DNA of 64,000 nucleotides from Leucoraja ocellata (Eukaryota): NCBI GenBank assembly GCA_036785375.1, contig JAWMAR010000070.1, positions 7,192,001 to 7,256,000 of the forward strand, read 5' to 3'. Shown piece by piece: positions 49,501 to 61,720 of this stretch (position 1 is its first letter; each line of letters starts with the position of its first letter). The notes under the pieces were generated by a model. It saw only the letters and a program-made list of their open reading frames with translations, ran no database searches and was not told where the DNA came from. The position numbers and the translations under genes were made by a program.

Positions 49501-50760
49501 TGACCCTGAGGTAACCATGTTTGTGATTAACAGGCCTTTAATCGCTAAGGTTGATACTGGCACAAAATGCAATGTCATCTCGTTAACAGAGTTTTAAAAA
49601 TTCGTTATGCTGCATGTATTGAAAAGGCCTCGGCCACGCTTTGGACTTACGGGGGAGATGTTCTACACCCTCTTGGACAAGCTGATTTAAAGTGCCCCAT
49701 AGACGAGCAGACTCATACCTTAAAGGTTTATGTTGTTAAGGGGGATTCAGAGACTTTGCTCAGTATCAACGCAATCCACGATCTAGGCCTGGTATAGTTT
49801 GGCTACGCCATCCATCAACTCTTTCTCGCTGATGGACACACTCAACAGGTACTCTCTCAATACAAAGATCTGTTTAACGCCAAGCTTAGCAAATTGCCTA
49901 TCAAATACCACATTGTTGTCGATCCCAACATAACTCCTGTGGTCCGAGAACCGCATCATGCTCTGCACGCCATGCGTGGCAGAGTAAACAATGAACTCAA
50001 GCGGATGGTCTCCATGGGTGTTATTGCCGAGGTTACAGACCCATCTGACTGGGTTTCCACAATGGTGGTCGCAACAAAGAAAAACAAAGAGGAGATCCAT
50101 ATCTGCATAAACCCCAGAGACCTTAACTGCCATCAAACGGCCACACTACCCAATGCGATTATTAGAGGAAGTTACTGCTCAGGTAGGCAACACATCAGTA
50201 TTCTCCATTCTGGATGCCAAGAGCTCGTTTTGGAAGATTCCACTGGACCCAGACTCGTCCAATCTCATTTCATTCGGCACCCCCTTTGGCCGATACAAAT
50301 TTCTGAGAATGCCCTTTGGCATCAACTCTGCCAGCGACGTTTTCCAGCGCACGATGGAACAATTGTTTGTTGAGTACCCGTGCGCCATCATTGTTGATGA
50401 CATTCTCGTCTACAGACGTGATTGGACTGAACATGACGCCAATCTGAAGAAAGAACTATACAATGCCAAAGACATTCAGCTCAAACTCAATCCCTTGAAG
50501 GGCAAGTTTCGAGTTCCAGAAGATACTGACGTTGGACATGTCTTCACAAGTGATGGTCTCAGACCAGACCCATCAAAAACTGCACCTATCAACGAAATGC
50601 CGGTTCCTGCTGACGCCGTGAGCCTACAAAGGTTCCTTGGAATGGTCAACTACCAGGGGAAATTTATTCCCAACCTCAGCGACATATCTGCCCCCCTGTG
50701 GGAACTGACACACAAGGACGCTGCATGGTCATGGTATCTGCAGCACCAAAGAGTTTTCCA
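46580..50760 (+). mobile_element. Second, segmentally duplicated copy of the decayed Gypsy element
   Basis: Same sequence and breakpoints as 16760-20325; LTR TGTAGTGAG...CTCATTACA 46580-46737. Confidence 0.88.
47181..47724 (-). mobile_element. Young 5'-truncated CR1 insertion
   Basis: (CATAGAAA)n tail at the left end; ORF 47294-47731; absent from the paralog near 17370. Confidence 0.88.
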
Positions 50761-51515
50761 TCAACCATTCCTCAGCCCACCTGGCCAATATTTCAGGATA
50801 CTGCTGCAATTTTTCACAATCATCTCCACTATCTGCAAAACCGCCTACTTTTGTGTCATCTGCCTTTACTTCTGTTCCTGTTTTGTTCCTGACAACATTC
50901 CCTTTTACTTTTGTTCCTGTTCTCAACACCTGCGGACTCCATGATTTTCCACATGTTGTTCCGTCCCCGTGTGGTCATGGACAATGTTGGACACAGCTCA
51001 TAGAAGCCGGCGATGTTGCCCGTAGTGAGCAAGAGTTGCACAAAGTTCACACCCAACTCAATGCTGGCGTACAAAGAATCACTCACACCGGCTGTCTTCA
51101 AGAGAGTTTATTTCCATTAATGATACATTTACCGATGCAAGCACGATCTGTCCCATTGCACTACATTTGCCCCATATCCCCCTAAACCTTTCCCTGTCCC
51201 AAGTGTGTATTAAATATTGTTACAATTCCCACCCTGAGTGAAAATGTTGCCCCTCAGATTCCTATTAAATCTTGCCCCTCTCACCTTAAACTTATGTCCC
51301 CCTGGTTCTTGATTCCCGTATCCCAGGTAAAAGATGTTTTGTGTTCACCCCTCTATTCCCCACATGATGAATTAAGTGACTACAATATAGAATGCTGTTG
51401 TTGGCCTAAGTGTGTGAAGTTTATAATGATGGATGTTATTGTGTGTTTGTGCTGTCCTGCCACTGCCTGTTGCTGCTGTCACATGGGGGGGCCTGTGCTG
51501 GGTCAGTGTGAGGTT

Positions 51516-52031
51516 TCACTTCGCTGTCAGCTTGATATTTAGTCTACATTCCCCTTGGTCAGTGATCCAAGCGCAGGAATACATCCCAATATCAGCCTCT
51601 TGTAAACCCGTGATGACCAATGAGGCATCCCGTTTCCCAACCACGTCTGGTCCCTTGAACCTCCAGCGGCCGGTCCCCCCTGGATAGGTCGCACCTTTCC
51701 CTTTAGTAAACACGGCCAATGTCCCGCTCCCTTTACTCCAGGTGACCACAAAAGTCTTGGGTCCATCCTTCCCTGTGGGTACTATACAGGGTAGCGTAGC
51801 AGAACCACCCTTGCGTGCCATCACGTCCGTGTATTTCATCTTGGTCGCAGCTGGCTTAGCACCGCATTCTGGAGAACTTTGTTTTTTGACCTTTCGAGGC
51901 TCCCGTGCGTTCCACCCGGGCAAGTTTGCTTCCTCTCCCCATTCTCTGGAGATCGGACCTGTTCCAGTTGCGGAGACTTGCCACACCATCTCCACAAGGA
52001 CCATGAATCCTATCCATCTCTGCAGTCCCAT
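51516..52031 (-). CDS. Secreted single V-set Ig-domain protein B3, 171 aa
   Basis: Intact paralog of B1 (GGSATLPC...VTW...DASLVI...DIGMYSC...KLTAK). Confidence 0.88.
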   Translation of the reverse strand: MGLQRWIGFMVLVEMVWQVSATGTGPISREWGEEANLPGWNAREPRKVKKQSSPECGAKPAATKMKYTDVMARKGGSATLPCIVPTGKDGPKTFVVTWSKGSGTLAVFTKGKGATYPGGTGRWRFKGPDVVGKRDASLVITGLQEADIGMYSCAWITDQGECRLNIKLTAK

Positions 52032-52621
52032 GTTCCTGTGGGTGAAACAATGGGTCACCTTATTGCAACTCAGTAGGATTCATGATGACATTCCCTGAAG
52101 CTGCTGCCACCACACTGGGCAATGTCGCTGTGCAGCTTCTACAGCTCCAGCCTGGTTTAGTTTAAGTTGCTTTGACCTGTCGTGGACCAACAACATTGAA
52201 GTGGCAGCCAAGGAGGCACACCAATGCATCTACTTCCTCAGAGACAGAGGAAATACGACAAGTCTCCAATGTCTCTTAGAAACTTCTACAGATGCACCAC
52301 AGAGAGCAGACTGTGGGGTTGCATCACAGCTTGGTTTGGGAACAGCTCTGAGCCCAAGATCACAAGATATTGCAGAGTTGTGGATGGAGCCCAGTCCATC
52401 ACACAGACCACACTCCCCACCAGTGACTCCATCTACAACCAAAAAAATCAAAGACTTGTCCCACTCCAGTCATTCCTCCTTCTCCCTGGTCCTGTCTAGC
52501 AGACGGTACAGAAGCTTGAAAGCGCGCACCACCAGACTCAGGAACAGCTTCTTCCCCTCTGCTATCAGGCTTCTGAACTGGGGGAACAGTGAACAGAGAC
52601 AATCCCACCCCCATCACTCAC

Positions 52622-52998
52622 AGACACTTGAAGGATCCACAGGGTTGGTTACCAGCTCCGGAGTCTCCACACAGGGTGACGGGGTCGGTCTTGTTCTCAT
52701 CTCCTGCCATCGCTCGCTCCTTTTATACCGACTCCCGGCTTCTCCTGCCCCTCATTGTCTGCCCTCACGTACATTCAACCAATCACTGCCTCCCACGGAG
52801 CATTGGCCGGAGTCAGCCGCGACCTCTCCACCCTCTGCCAAACGTGTCCTTGCATCAGCCGTTAACGTTTAACAAGAACAACGTCATCCCAGCTGCCAGC
52901 GGCCAACCAGGCGCCCCACACATCCTGCTTGTGTCTCCACCACGTCTCGCTTTGGCCACCCATCGGACCAGATGTCCCAGCCACGCCACGTCACCACC
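52622..52998 (-). promoter_or_regulatory. B3 promoter and non-coding exon 1
   Basis: TATA 52720-52727, ERSE 52779-52797, TGACGTGG 52986-52993. Confidence 0.75.
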
Positions 52999-55900
52999 AC
53001 AGCCCTTGGCACCTGCGCTGGTTCCACAGTTTATACTCAATCTGAGCCGGCAGCTGGGATGGCGTTGGATCAATTCTTCCTTCCCAACAACCATCAGGCT
53101 GTTGAACACGACACGACACTGAGGTCAACGATGAACGTCTATGGAATGTCCAAGGTTGCACTAATGCCCCTGTCCCACTTGGGAAACGTGAACGGAAATC
53201 TCTGGAGACTTTGCGCCCCACCCAAGGTTTCCGTGCGGTTCCCGGAGGTTTTTGCCTGTCTCCCTACCTGCTTCCACTACCTGCAACCTCCGGCAACCAC
53301 CTGCAACCTCCAGGAACCTTCGGGACGAAACGTTGCCTATTTCCTTCGCTCCATAGATGCTGCTGCACCCGCTGAGTTTCTCCAGCATTTTTGTGTACCT
53401 TTGATTTTCCAGTATCTGCAGTTTCTACTTAAACATCAAATAGAACAAGTTGTCCTACAACTTTAGGCTGTGCACGCCACACGAAAGAAGAAGTTGACAT
53501 GTCAGTCCCGCCATCCCGAGTATTAACCTGGTGAACCTACGTTGCACTCCCTCAATAGCAAGTTATATGGACAGGTTGGATAATCTTGGATTGGTTTCTC
53601 TAGGACTTCAGATGTTGAGCGGAGAGCTGACAGAAGGTAATAAAATTCTTAAGGGGTTGGACTGGCTAGATGCAGGAAGATTGTTCCCGATGTTGGGGAA
53701 GTCCAGGACAAGGGGTCACAGTTTAAGGATAAGGGGGAAATCTTTTAGGACTGAGATGAGAAAAACAATTTTCACACAGAGAGTGGTGAATCTGTGGAAT
53801 TCTCTGCCACAGAAGATATTTGAGGCCAGTTCATTGGCTTTATTTTATGAGGGAGTTAGATGTGGCCCTTGTGGCTAAAGGGATCAGGGGGTATGGAGAG
53901 AAGGCAGGTGCAGGATACTGAGTTGGATGATCAGCCATGATCATATTGAATGGCGGTGCAGGCTCGAAAGGCCGAATGGCCTACTCCTGCACCTAATTTC
54001 TATGTTTCTATGTTTCAATGAGAGCCAGATAGGTTAGACAGTCAGAACCAATTTGCGCAGAGTGGAAATGCCAAAGACTAGAGGGCATCGCTTTAGGGTA
54101 GGAGGCTTTCAAGAGAGAGTTAGATAGAGCTCTTAAATATAGCGGAGTCAAGGGATATGGGGAGAAGGCAAGAATGGGGTACTGATTGTGGATGGCGGTG
54201 ATCACAGTGAATGGCGGTGCTGGCTCGAAGGGCCGAATGGCCAACTCCTGCACCTATTGTCTATTGTCTATTGAGATAGGAAAATTTTAAAGATGTGCGG
54301 GACACAGAGGGTGGTGGGTGCCTGGAACACGATGCTGTGGGTGGTGGAGGCAGATACAATAGTTCAGAGTCTTTATCTAAAAAGTCTCATGGATATGCAG
54401 GGAATTGAGATTATGGATCAGGTGCAGGCAGAGGAGATTAGCTGAACTTGGCATCATGTTCAGCATGGACCTTGTGGGCCGAAGGGCCTGTTCCTGTGCT
54501 GTTCCATGTTCTATGTTACATCATCTTCTCAATCACATCTTGAGAAGAACATTTTCCAGAGGTGCCCAGGTACCACCAGTGTGACATTCATTGTATCTGC
54601 TGCAGTCAACGAGTGTGTTGTGTAGACAGCCAGAGGAGAAGATGGGATTTATGTGCAGTTTCATTTTGTAATCATTATTTATTTAATGTCATAGTGTAAT
54701 AGAGTCATAGAGTGATACAGTGTGGAAACAGGCCCTTCGGCCCAACTTGCCCACACTGGCCAACATGTCCCAGCTACACTAGTCTCACCTGCCTGTGTTT
54801 GGTTCATATCCCTCCAAACCTGGCCTCTCCATGTACCTGACTCACTGTTCTTTAAACATTGGGATCTAAATGTTGCCTCACCAACGCAAGATGACCTCCC
54901 AACCTCTATACTCCATACTGTGACTGATGAAGGCCAAAGTACCAAAAGTTTTTTTAACCACCGTATCTACCTGCAACTGCATCTTCAAGGAACCATGTAC
55001 CTTCACTCATAGATCCCTCTGCTATACAACATTCCTCAGAGCTGGACTATTCACTGTGTAGGTCCTGCACATGTTAGACTCCCCAAAACACAACACCTCA
55101 CATTACTCTGTATTAAATTCCATCAACCGTTCCTCAGCCCAACTGACCAATATTTCAGGATCCTGCTGCAATTTTTCACAACCATCTCCACTATCTGCAA
55201 AACCGCCTACTTTTGTGTCATAGAAACATAGAAAATAGGTGCAGGAGTAGAGGCCATTCGGCCCTTCGAGCCAGCACCGCCATTCAATATGATCATGGAT
55301 GATCATCCAACTCAGTATCCTGTACCTGCCTTCTCTCCATACCCCCTAATCCCTTTAGCCACAAGGGCCACATCTAACTCCCTCTTAAATATAGTCATCT
55401 GCCTTTACTTTTGCCCCTGTTTTGTTCCTGACAACATTCCCCGTTATTTTTGTTCCTGTTCTCAACACCTGTGGACTCCATGATTTTCCACATGTTGTTC
55501 CGTCCCCGTGTGGTCATGGACAATGTTGGACACAGCTCATAGAAGCCGACGATGTTGCCCGTAGTGAGCAAGAGTTGCACAAAGTTCACACCCAACTCAA
55601 TGCTGGCGTACAAAGAATCACTCACACCGGCTGTCTTCAAGAGAGTTTATTTCCATTAATGATACATTTACCAATGCAAGCACGATCTGTCCCATTGCAC
55701 TACATTTGCCCCATATCCCCCTAAACCTTTCCCTGTCCCAAGTGTGTATTAAATATTGTTACAATTCCCACCCCACCAGACAGTTCTATAAACCCACCGC
55801 CCCCTGAGTGAAAATGTTGCCCCTCAGGTTCCTATTAAATCTTGCCCCTCTAACCTTAAACTTATGTCCCTCTGGTTCTTGATTCCCGTACCCCAGGTAA

Positions 55901-56087
55901 AATATGTTTTGTGTTCACCCCTCTATTCCCCTCATGATCAATTAAGTGACTACAATATAGAATGCTGTTGTTGGCCTAAGTGTGTGAAGTTTATAATGAT
56001 GGATGTTATTGTGTGTTTGTGCTGTCCTGCCACTGCCTGTTGCTTCTGTCACATGGGGGGGGGCCTGTGCTGGGTCAGTGTGAGGTT

Positions 56088-56603
56088 TCACTTCACTGTC
56101 AGCTTGATATTTTGTCTACATTCCCCTTGGCCAGTGATCCAAGTGCAGGAATACATCCCAATATCAGCCTCTTGTAAACCCGTGATGACCAACGTGGCAT
56201 CCCGTTTCACATCCACTTTTGTTTCCTTGAACGTCCAGCGGCCGGGAGCCCCTGGATAGGTCGCACCTTTCCCTTTAGTAAACACGGCCAATGTCCTCTT
56301 CCCTTTACTCCAGGTGACCTCAAAACTCTTGGGTCCACCCTTCCCTGTGGGTACTTTACAGGGCAGCGTAGCAGAACCACCCTTGCTTGCCGTCACATCC
56401 GTGAATTTCATCTTGGTCGCAGCTGGCCTAACACCGCATTCTGGAGAACTTTGTTTGTTGACTTGTCGAGGCTCCCGTGCGTTCCACCCGGGCAAGTTTG
56501 CTTCCTCTCCCCATTCTCTGGAGATCGGACCTGTTCCAGTTGCGGAGACTTGCCACACCATCTCCACAAGGACCATGAATCCTATCCATCTCTGCAGTCC
56601 CAT
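56088..56603 (-). CDS. Secreted single V-set Ig-domain protein B4, 171 aa
   Basis: Intact paralog of B1 (GGSATLPC...VTW...DATLVI...DIGMYSC...KLTVK). Confidence 0.88.
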   Translation of the reverse strand: MGLQRWIGFMVLVEMVWQVSATGTGPISREWGEEANLPGWNAREPRQVNKQSSPECGVRPAATKMKFTDVTASKGGSATLPCKVPTGKGGPKSFEVTWSKGKRTLAVFTKGKGATYPGAPGRWTFKETKVDVKRDATLVITGLQEADIGMYSCTWITGQGECRQNIKLTVK

Positions 56604-57152
56604 GTTCCTGTGGGTGAAACAATGGGTCACCTTATTGCAACTCAGTAGGATTCATGATGACATTCCCTGAACCCGCCCAGAGTTGGGGAATCGAGAACCA
56701 GAGGACATCGGTTTAAGGCGAGGGGGGGGGAAAGATTTCATGGGAAACTGAGGGGTGACTTTTTTACACAAAGGGTGGAGGGTGTTTGGAACGAGCTGCC
56801 GGAAGAGGTAGTTGGGGCAGGTACTATCACAATGATTAAGAATCAGTTAGACAGGTACATTGATAGGACAGGATTAGAGGGGTAAGGGCCAAACGCAGGC
56901 AGGTGGGTCTAGTATTGATGGGGACACGTTGGTGGGTGCGGGCAAGTTGGGCCGAAGGTCTCGCTGTGACTCTATGACTCCATCACTTGTCCCACCCCGG
57001 TCATTCCTCCTTCTCCCTGGTCCTGTCTAGCAGACGGTACAGAAGCTTGAAAGCGCGCACCACCAGACTCAGGAACAGCTTCTTCCCCTCTGCTATCAGG
57101 CTTCTGAACTGGGGGAACAGTGAACAGAGACAATCCCACCCCCATCACTCAC

Positions 57153-57530
57153 AGACACTTGAAGGATCCACAGGGTTGGTTACCAGCTCCGGAGTCTCCA
57201 CACAGGGTGACGGGGTCGGTCTTGTTCTCATCTCCTGCCATCGCTCGCTCCTTTTATACCGACTCCCGGCTTCTCCTGCCCCTCATTGTCTGCCCTCACG
57301 TACATTCAACCAATCACTGCCTCCCACGGAGCATTGGCCGGAGTCAGCCGCGACCTCTCCACCCTCTGCCAAACGTGTCGTTGCATCAGCCGTTAACGTT
57401 TAACAAGAACAACGTCATCCCAGCTGCCAGCGGCCAACCAGGCGCCCCACACATCCTGCTTGTGTCTCCACCACGTCTCGTTCTGGTCAACCCATCGGAC
57501 CAGATGTCCCAGCCACGCCACGTCACCACC
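57153..57530 (-). promoter_or_regulatory. B4 promoter and non-coding exon 1
   Basis: TATA 57251-57258, ERSE 57310-57328, TGACGTGG 57518-57525. Confidence 0.75.
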
Positions 57531-58510
57531 ACAGCCCTTGGCACCTGCGCTGGTTCCACAGTTTATACTCAATCTGAGCCGGCAGCTGGGATGGCGTTGG
57601 ATCAATTCTTCCTTCCCAACAACCATCAGGCTGTTGAACACGACACGACACTGAGGTCAACGATGAACGTCTATGGAATGTCCAAGGTTGCACTAATGCC
57701 CCTGTCCCACTTAGGAAACCTGAACGGAAACCTCTGGAGACTTTGCGCCCCACCCAAGGTTTCCGTGCGGTTCCCTAAGGTTTTTGTCTGTCTCCCTACC
57801 TGCTTCCACTACCTGCAACCTCCGGCAACCACCTGCAACCTCCAGGAACCTTCGGGACGAAACGTTGCCTATTTCCTTTGTTCCATAGATGCTGCTGCAC
57901 CCGCTGAGTTTCTCCAGCATTTTTGTGTACCTTCGATTTTCCAGTATCTGCAGTTTCTACTTAAACATCAAATAGAACAAGTTGTCCTACAACTTTAGGC
58001 TGTGCACGCCACACGAAAGAAGAAGTTGACATGTCAGTCCCGCCATCCCGGGTATTAACCTGGTGAACCTACGTTGCACTCCCTCAATAGCAAGTTATAT
58101 GGACAGGTTGGATAATCATGGATTGGTTTCTCTAGAACTTCAGATGTTGAGCGGAGACCTGACAGAAGGTAATAAAATTCTCAAGGGGTGGACAGGCTAG
58201 ATGCAGGAACGTTGTTCCCGATGTTGGGGAAGTCCAGGACAAGGGGTCACAGTTTAAGGACAAGGGGGAAATCTTTTAGGACTGAGATGAGAAAAACATT
58301 TTTCACACAGAGAGTGGTGAATCTGTGGAATTTTACTTCGGAGTCACGTGAGTGACTACGTGAAGAACCCACCCAGTGAGCAGGCGCGACATTACGTCAG
58401 CAGTGCAACAGCGGCAGCAGCTGGAGCCAGGCTCTCCAGCGGCAGGATAAAGACAAGACCTCAGGTAAGTGAGTCTTTTGTATTACAGAGAGTCGCTAAC
58501 GGAGAAAGCT

Positions 58511-59737
58511 ATGGCTACCCGAAAGCGACCAACAAGGAGGACTGCCTGCCCAACTCCACCCGAGGAGGGGTCAATATCTGGGCGGCAGCCACCAGCGGCT
58601 GAGGAGCTGTTTGAACGCTCCCGCACACCCGACGCCGAGCCGCTCCCTGTGCCGCCGATTGCGACGCCCCGCACAGGGAGAAAATCAACCCGAAAAACAG
58701 ACCGGCCGGTGACCTCCGACTCGTCGGAGGAACGGGAACACTCTCCACCAGCGAAACGGGGAGACGGCCGCTTAAGCTGCATAAGGCAGCTGCTCGAGCA
58801 GATGCTCGAGGAGGAGATGCAGGCAAGGCATCTCCAAGGAGGACGGGCTTTGGCCTCCACCAAACCATCACCACACCCTTCTGTTCCCTCCTTGTTTGAG
58901 GTCAGTAAGGGAGGCCAGGACTGGGCTGGCCTATCACAAGGGCAGGCGGACGACAGCGCAAGCATGCCAGGCGAGCTGGAGGAAGAAGAGCTACTGGGTG
59001 TAGTCAGCAGGTATGCGGCGCCCCCGAGGACCGGAATGATGCTAGCGCCAAGAATGGCGGCCAGTATCAACAGGCTCTCCAATAAGCCATTGCAAGAGAA
59101 AATCTTACAAGAGGCCCTTGACACTTACACAGCGCCGGAAAACTGCGAAGCGCTTCGAGTAAAGACCGTAAACGGCCAGATATGGAGCCAGCTGGGGCAG
59201 CATATCAGGACACAAGAGCTGAAGATGCAGCGTATCCTGAAGCTCCACACCGCAGCCATTACCGCCTTTGCTCGGTCCACGGGGAACGAGGAGCTCTCTA
59301 CACCTCAGCAGGACGTGCTGGCCCTAATGTGTAACACGCAGTATGAGCTCAACAATTTAAGGCGTGAAAACATCAGGCCTGCCCTCAACCCCAAATACGC
59401 GGGCCTTTGCAAAGCTCCGGCGCCAGAAAAGGAGGCGCTACTATTCGGGGCCGACTTGGCGAAAAGGCTCAAGGAGCTGGAAGAGGCGGCCAAGCCTGTA
59501 GGCCTCATGAGGGCAGGGCCAGGACCGAGCAGGGTGAAGACACCCAGTTGGCAGCACGCCTCGGCATCCACCAGTAGGTACCGAGCTGGTGAAAGCCTGG
59601 TGACCGCTTCCCACTACCCCCAGAGCTCTTTTTTAGAGCGGGGCCCAGAGCGGAGCCGTGGGAAGATACGCCGCCCCACCACAGCACCAACAAGGACACC
59701 CTCGGGCCAAACCCATCGCAAACGCTCCCAGAAATGA
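58511..59737 (+). CDS. DIRS ORF1 (gag-like)
   Basis: Long open frame from ATG 58511; PENC...VN..IW, RRENIRPALNPKYAGLC and LLFGADL motifs in the DIRS ORF1 position. Confidence 0.8.
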   Translation: MATRKRPTRRTACPTPPEEGSISGRQPPAAEELFERSRTPDAEPLPVPPIATPRTGRKSTRKTDRPVTSDSSEEREHSPPAKRGDGRLSCIRQLLEQMLEEEMQARHLQGGRALASTKPSPHPSVPSLFEVSKGGQDWAGLSQGQADDSASMPGELEEEELLGVVSRYAAPPRTGMMLAPRMAASINRLSNKPLQEKILQEALDTYTAPENCEALRVKTVNGQIWSQLGQHIRTQELKMQRILKLHTAAITAFARSTGNEELSTPQQDVLALMCNTQYELNNLRRENIRPALNPKYAGLCKAPAPEKEALLFGADLAKRLKELEEAAKPVGLMRAGPGPSRVKTPSWQHASASTSRYRAGESLVTASHYPQSSFLERGPERSRGKIRRPTTAPTRTPSGQTHRKRSQK

Positions 59738-61673
59738 ACATGGAGGTAGGTGGGTCTGGTTCCTGTCAACATACGCAGACAAAGGGTGTTGTATTAACAG
59801 GAGGACGTTTAAGGTTCTTCAAACATGTTTGGTGCTCCTTTACTAACAACAAGTTCATACTCAACAGTATCAGTGGATACAAAATTGAATTTAAACCAGG
59901 CATAGAACCACCGGTTCAGCACATACCCCAAAGGGTATTCCTTCCCACACAATTAGAGAAGGTAGAAGGACAAGCTGAACTAGATAGGCTCGTGTCCAAA
60001 GGCGTCATTGAGAGGGCCAGACACGAGCCATTGGAATTTGTATCGAATATATTCATCAAAACCAAAAAAGATGGTGGATGTCGCATTATTATTGATTTGA
60101 CATCACTAAATCAGTCTGTTGAGTATCAACATTTCAAAATGGAGACATTTGTTACTGCCAGACAACTGATCTCCAAGGGATACTTCATGGCAAGCATAGA
60201 TATTAAGGATGCTTACTATTTAGTACCCATTCATAAGGATCATTTCAGATATCTGAAATTTATCTGGATGGGGCAACTATGGCAGTATAGAGCATTACCC
60301 AATGGGTTAACGACAGCTCCCAGATTATTTACAAAAATTCTCAAAGTGGCCATGAAAAAATTAAGAGAACAAAAACATTTAGTCATGGCCTATCTGGATG
60401 ATGTTCTCATATTGGGGAGAACAAGGGAACTAGCTGTCGCAGGAGTCTTAGCTACTAAACAACTCCTTGAAACATTGGGATTTGTTCTACACCCAGATAA
60501 ATCAATATTGAAGCTAACAACTAACATGGACTATCTAGGCTTCACTATCGACACTATCCGTATGACTGTCACTCTGCCAAGAGACAAAAAGGCTGCATTA
60601 GCAGAAGCCTGTAACAACTTAATCGCAAAACACAACCAAAGATCCGGCATGTAGCCAGAGTCATTGGTAGTATAGTAGCAGCATTTCCAGCTGCACAATA
60701 TGGGCCCTTGCATTATCAGAATTTACAAAGAGCAAGGACACATGCACTACGTCTAAGTAGGGGACATTATGACCGAACTATGGACTTACCCGCTGAAGCC
60801 AAAACAGAACTTCAGTGGTGGGTGGATAACATTTGGCACAGTTACAGTCCTATCGCCGTCACCAATCCTAACATAGCCATTACAACGGATGCCAGTGCTT
60901 TAGGCTGGGGAGCTACTAACTCTATATCCAGCACAGGTGGCAGATGGACTAATTCAGAGGCATCGCTACTACAATCACTTGGCATAAATTATTTGGAGAT
61001 GCTAGCCGCCTTTTATGGGCTAAAAGCATATGCATCCGATATGAGGCACGTGCATGTCAGGTTAATGATTGATAACACGACGGCGGTGTCTTACATCCAG
61101 CACATGGGTGGCATAAAATCAGTATCATGCGACAAATTGACTACTATAATCTGGCAATGGTGTGTCGAGAGACATATTTGGCTATCAGCTGCCTATTTAC
61201 CAGGCAAGCTAAACACAGTGGCGGACACCAGGTCACGAAAATTCAATGACAACATCGAATGGATGTTAGACCCAAAAATATTTGCTAGAATTGTTAAGCA
61301 ATATGGTACGCCAGATATAGATTTGTTTGCGTCTAGATTAAATCACCAGCTACCCATGTATGTGGCTTGGGAACCAGACCCAGAGGCAGCAGCGGTAGAT
61401 GCCTTCACGCTGGATTGGGGAAATTTCTTCTTCTATGCTTTCCCTCCCTTCTGCCTCATCAGCCGGGTACTCCAGAAAATACAAGCAGACTCGGCTTCAG
61501 GTATTCTGGTCGTACCCGACTGGCCTACCCAACCATGGTTCCCAGTTTTCCACGACATGGTGGTAGAGTCACCTATGGTTTTTCACAGCCACCCACAACT
61601 ATTGACTCATCCGGTATCCGGCATAAGCCATCCATGCCATCAAAAATTGAAACTCCTGGTTTGTAGGTTCTGA
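59734..61673 (+). CDS. DIRS pol (RT, RNase H, methyltransferase-like) with one frameshift near 60630
   Basis: RT IDIKDAYY, LPNGL, AYLDDVLI; RNase H TTDASALGWG, INYLEMLA, IDNTTAV; MT-like DIDLFASRLN, YAFPPF. Confidence 0.85.
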
Positions 61674-61720
61674 ACAGGCCTTACCAGGGATTGGGGTTAT
61701 CGGAACGAACAATCACCACC

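Noticed and set aside
57120-57998. Long ORFs across promoter regions (e.g. 57120-57998, 21798-22469, 52201-52872, 44804-45520)
   Set aside because: Non-ATG starts, antisense to the promoter cassette or running through TE mosaics, with no domain signature; recurrence reflects duplication only.
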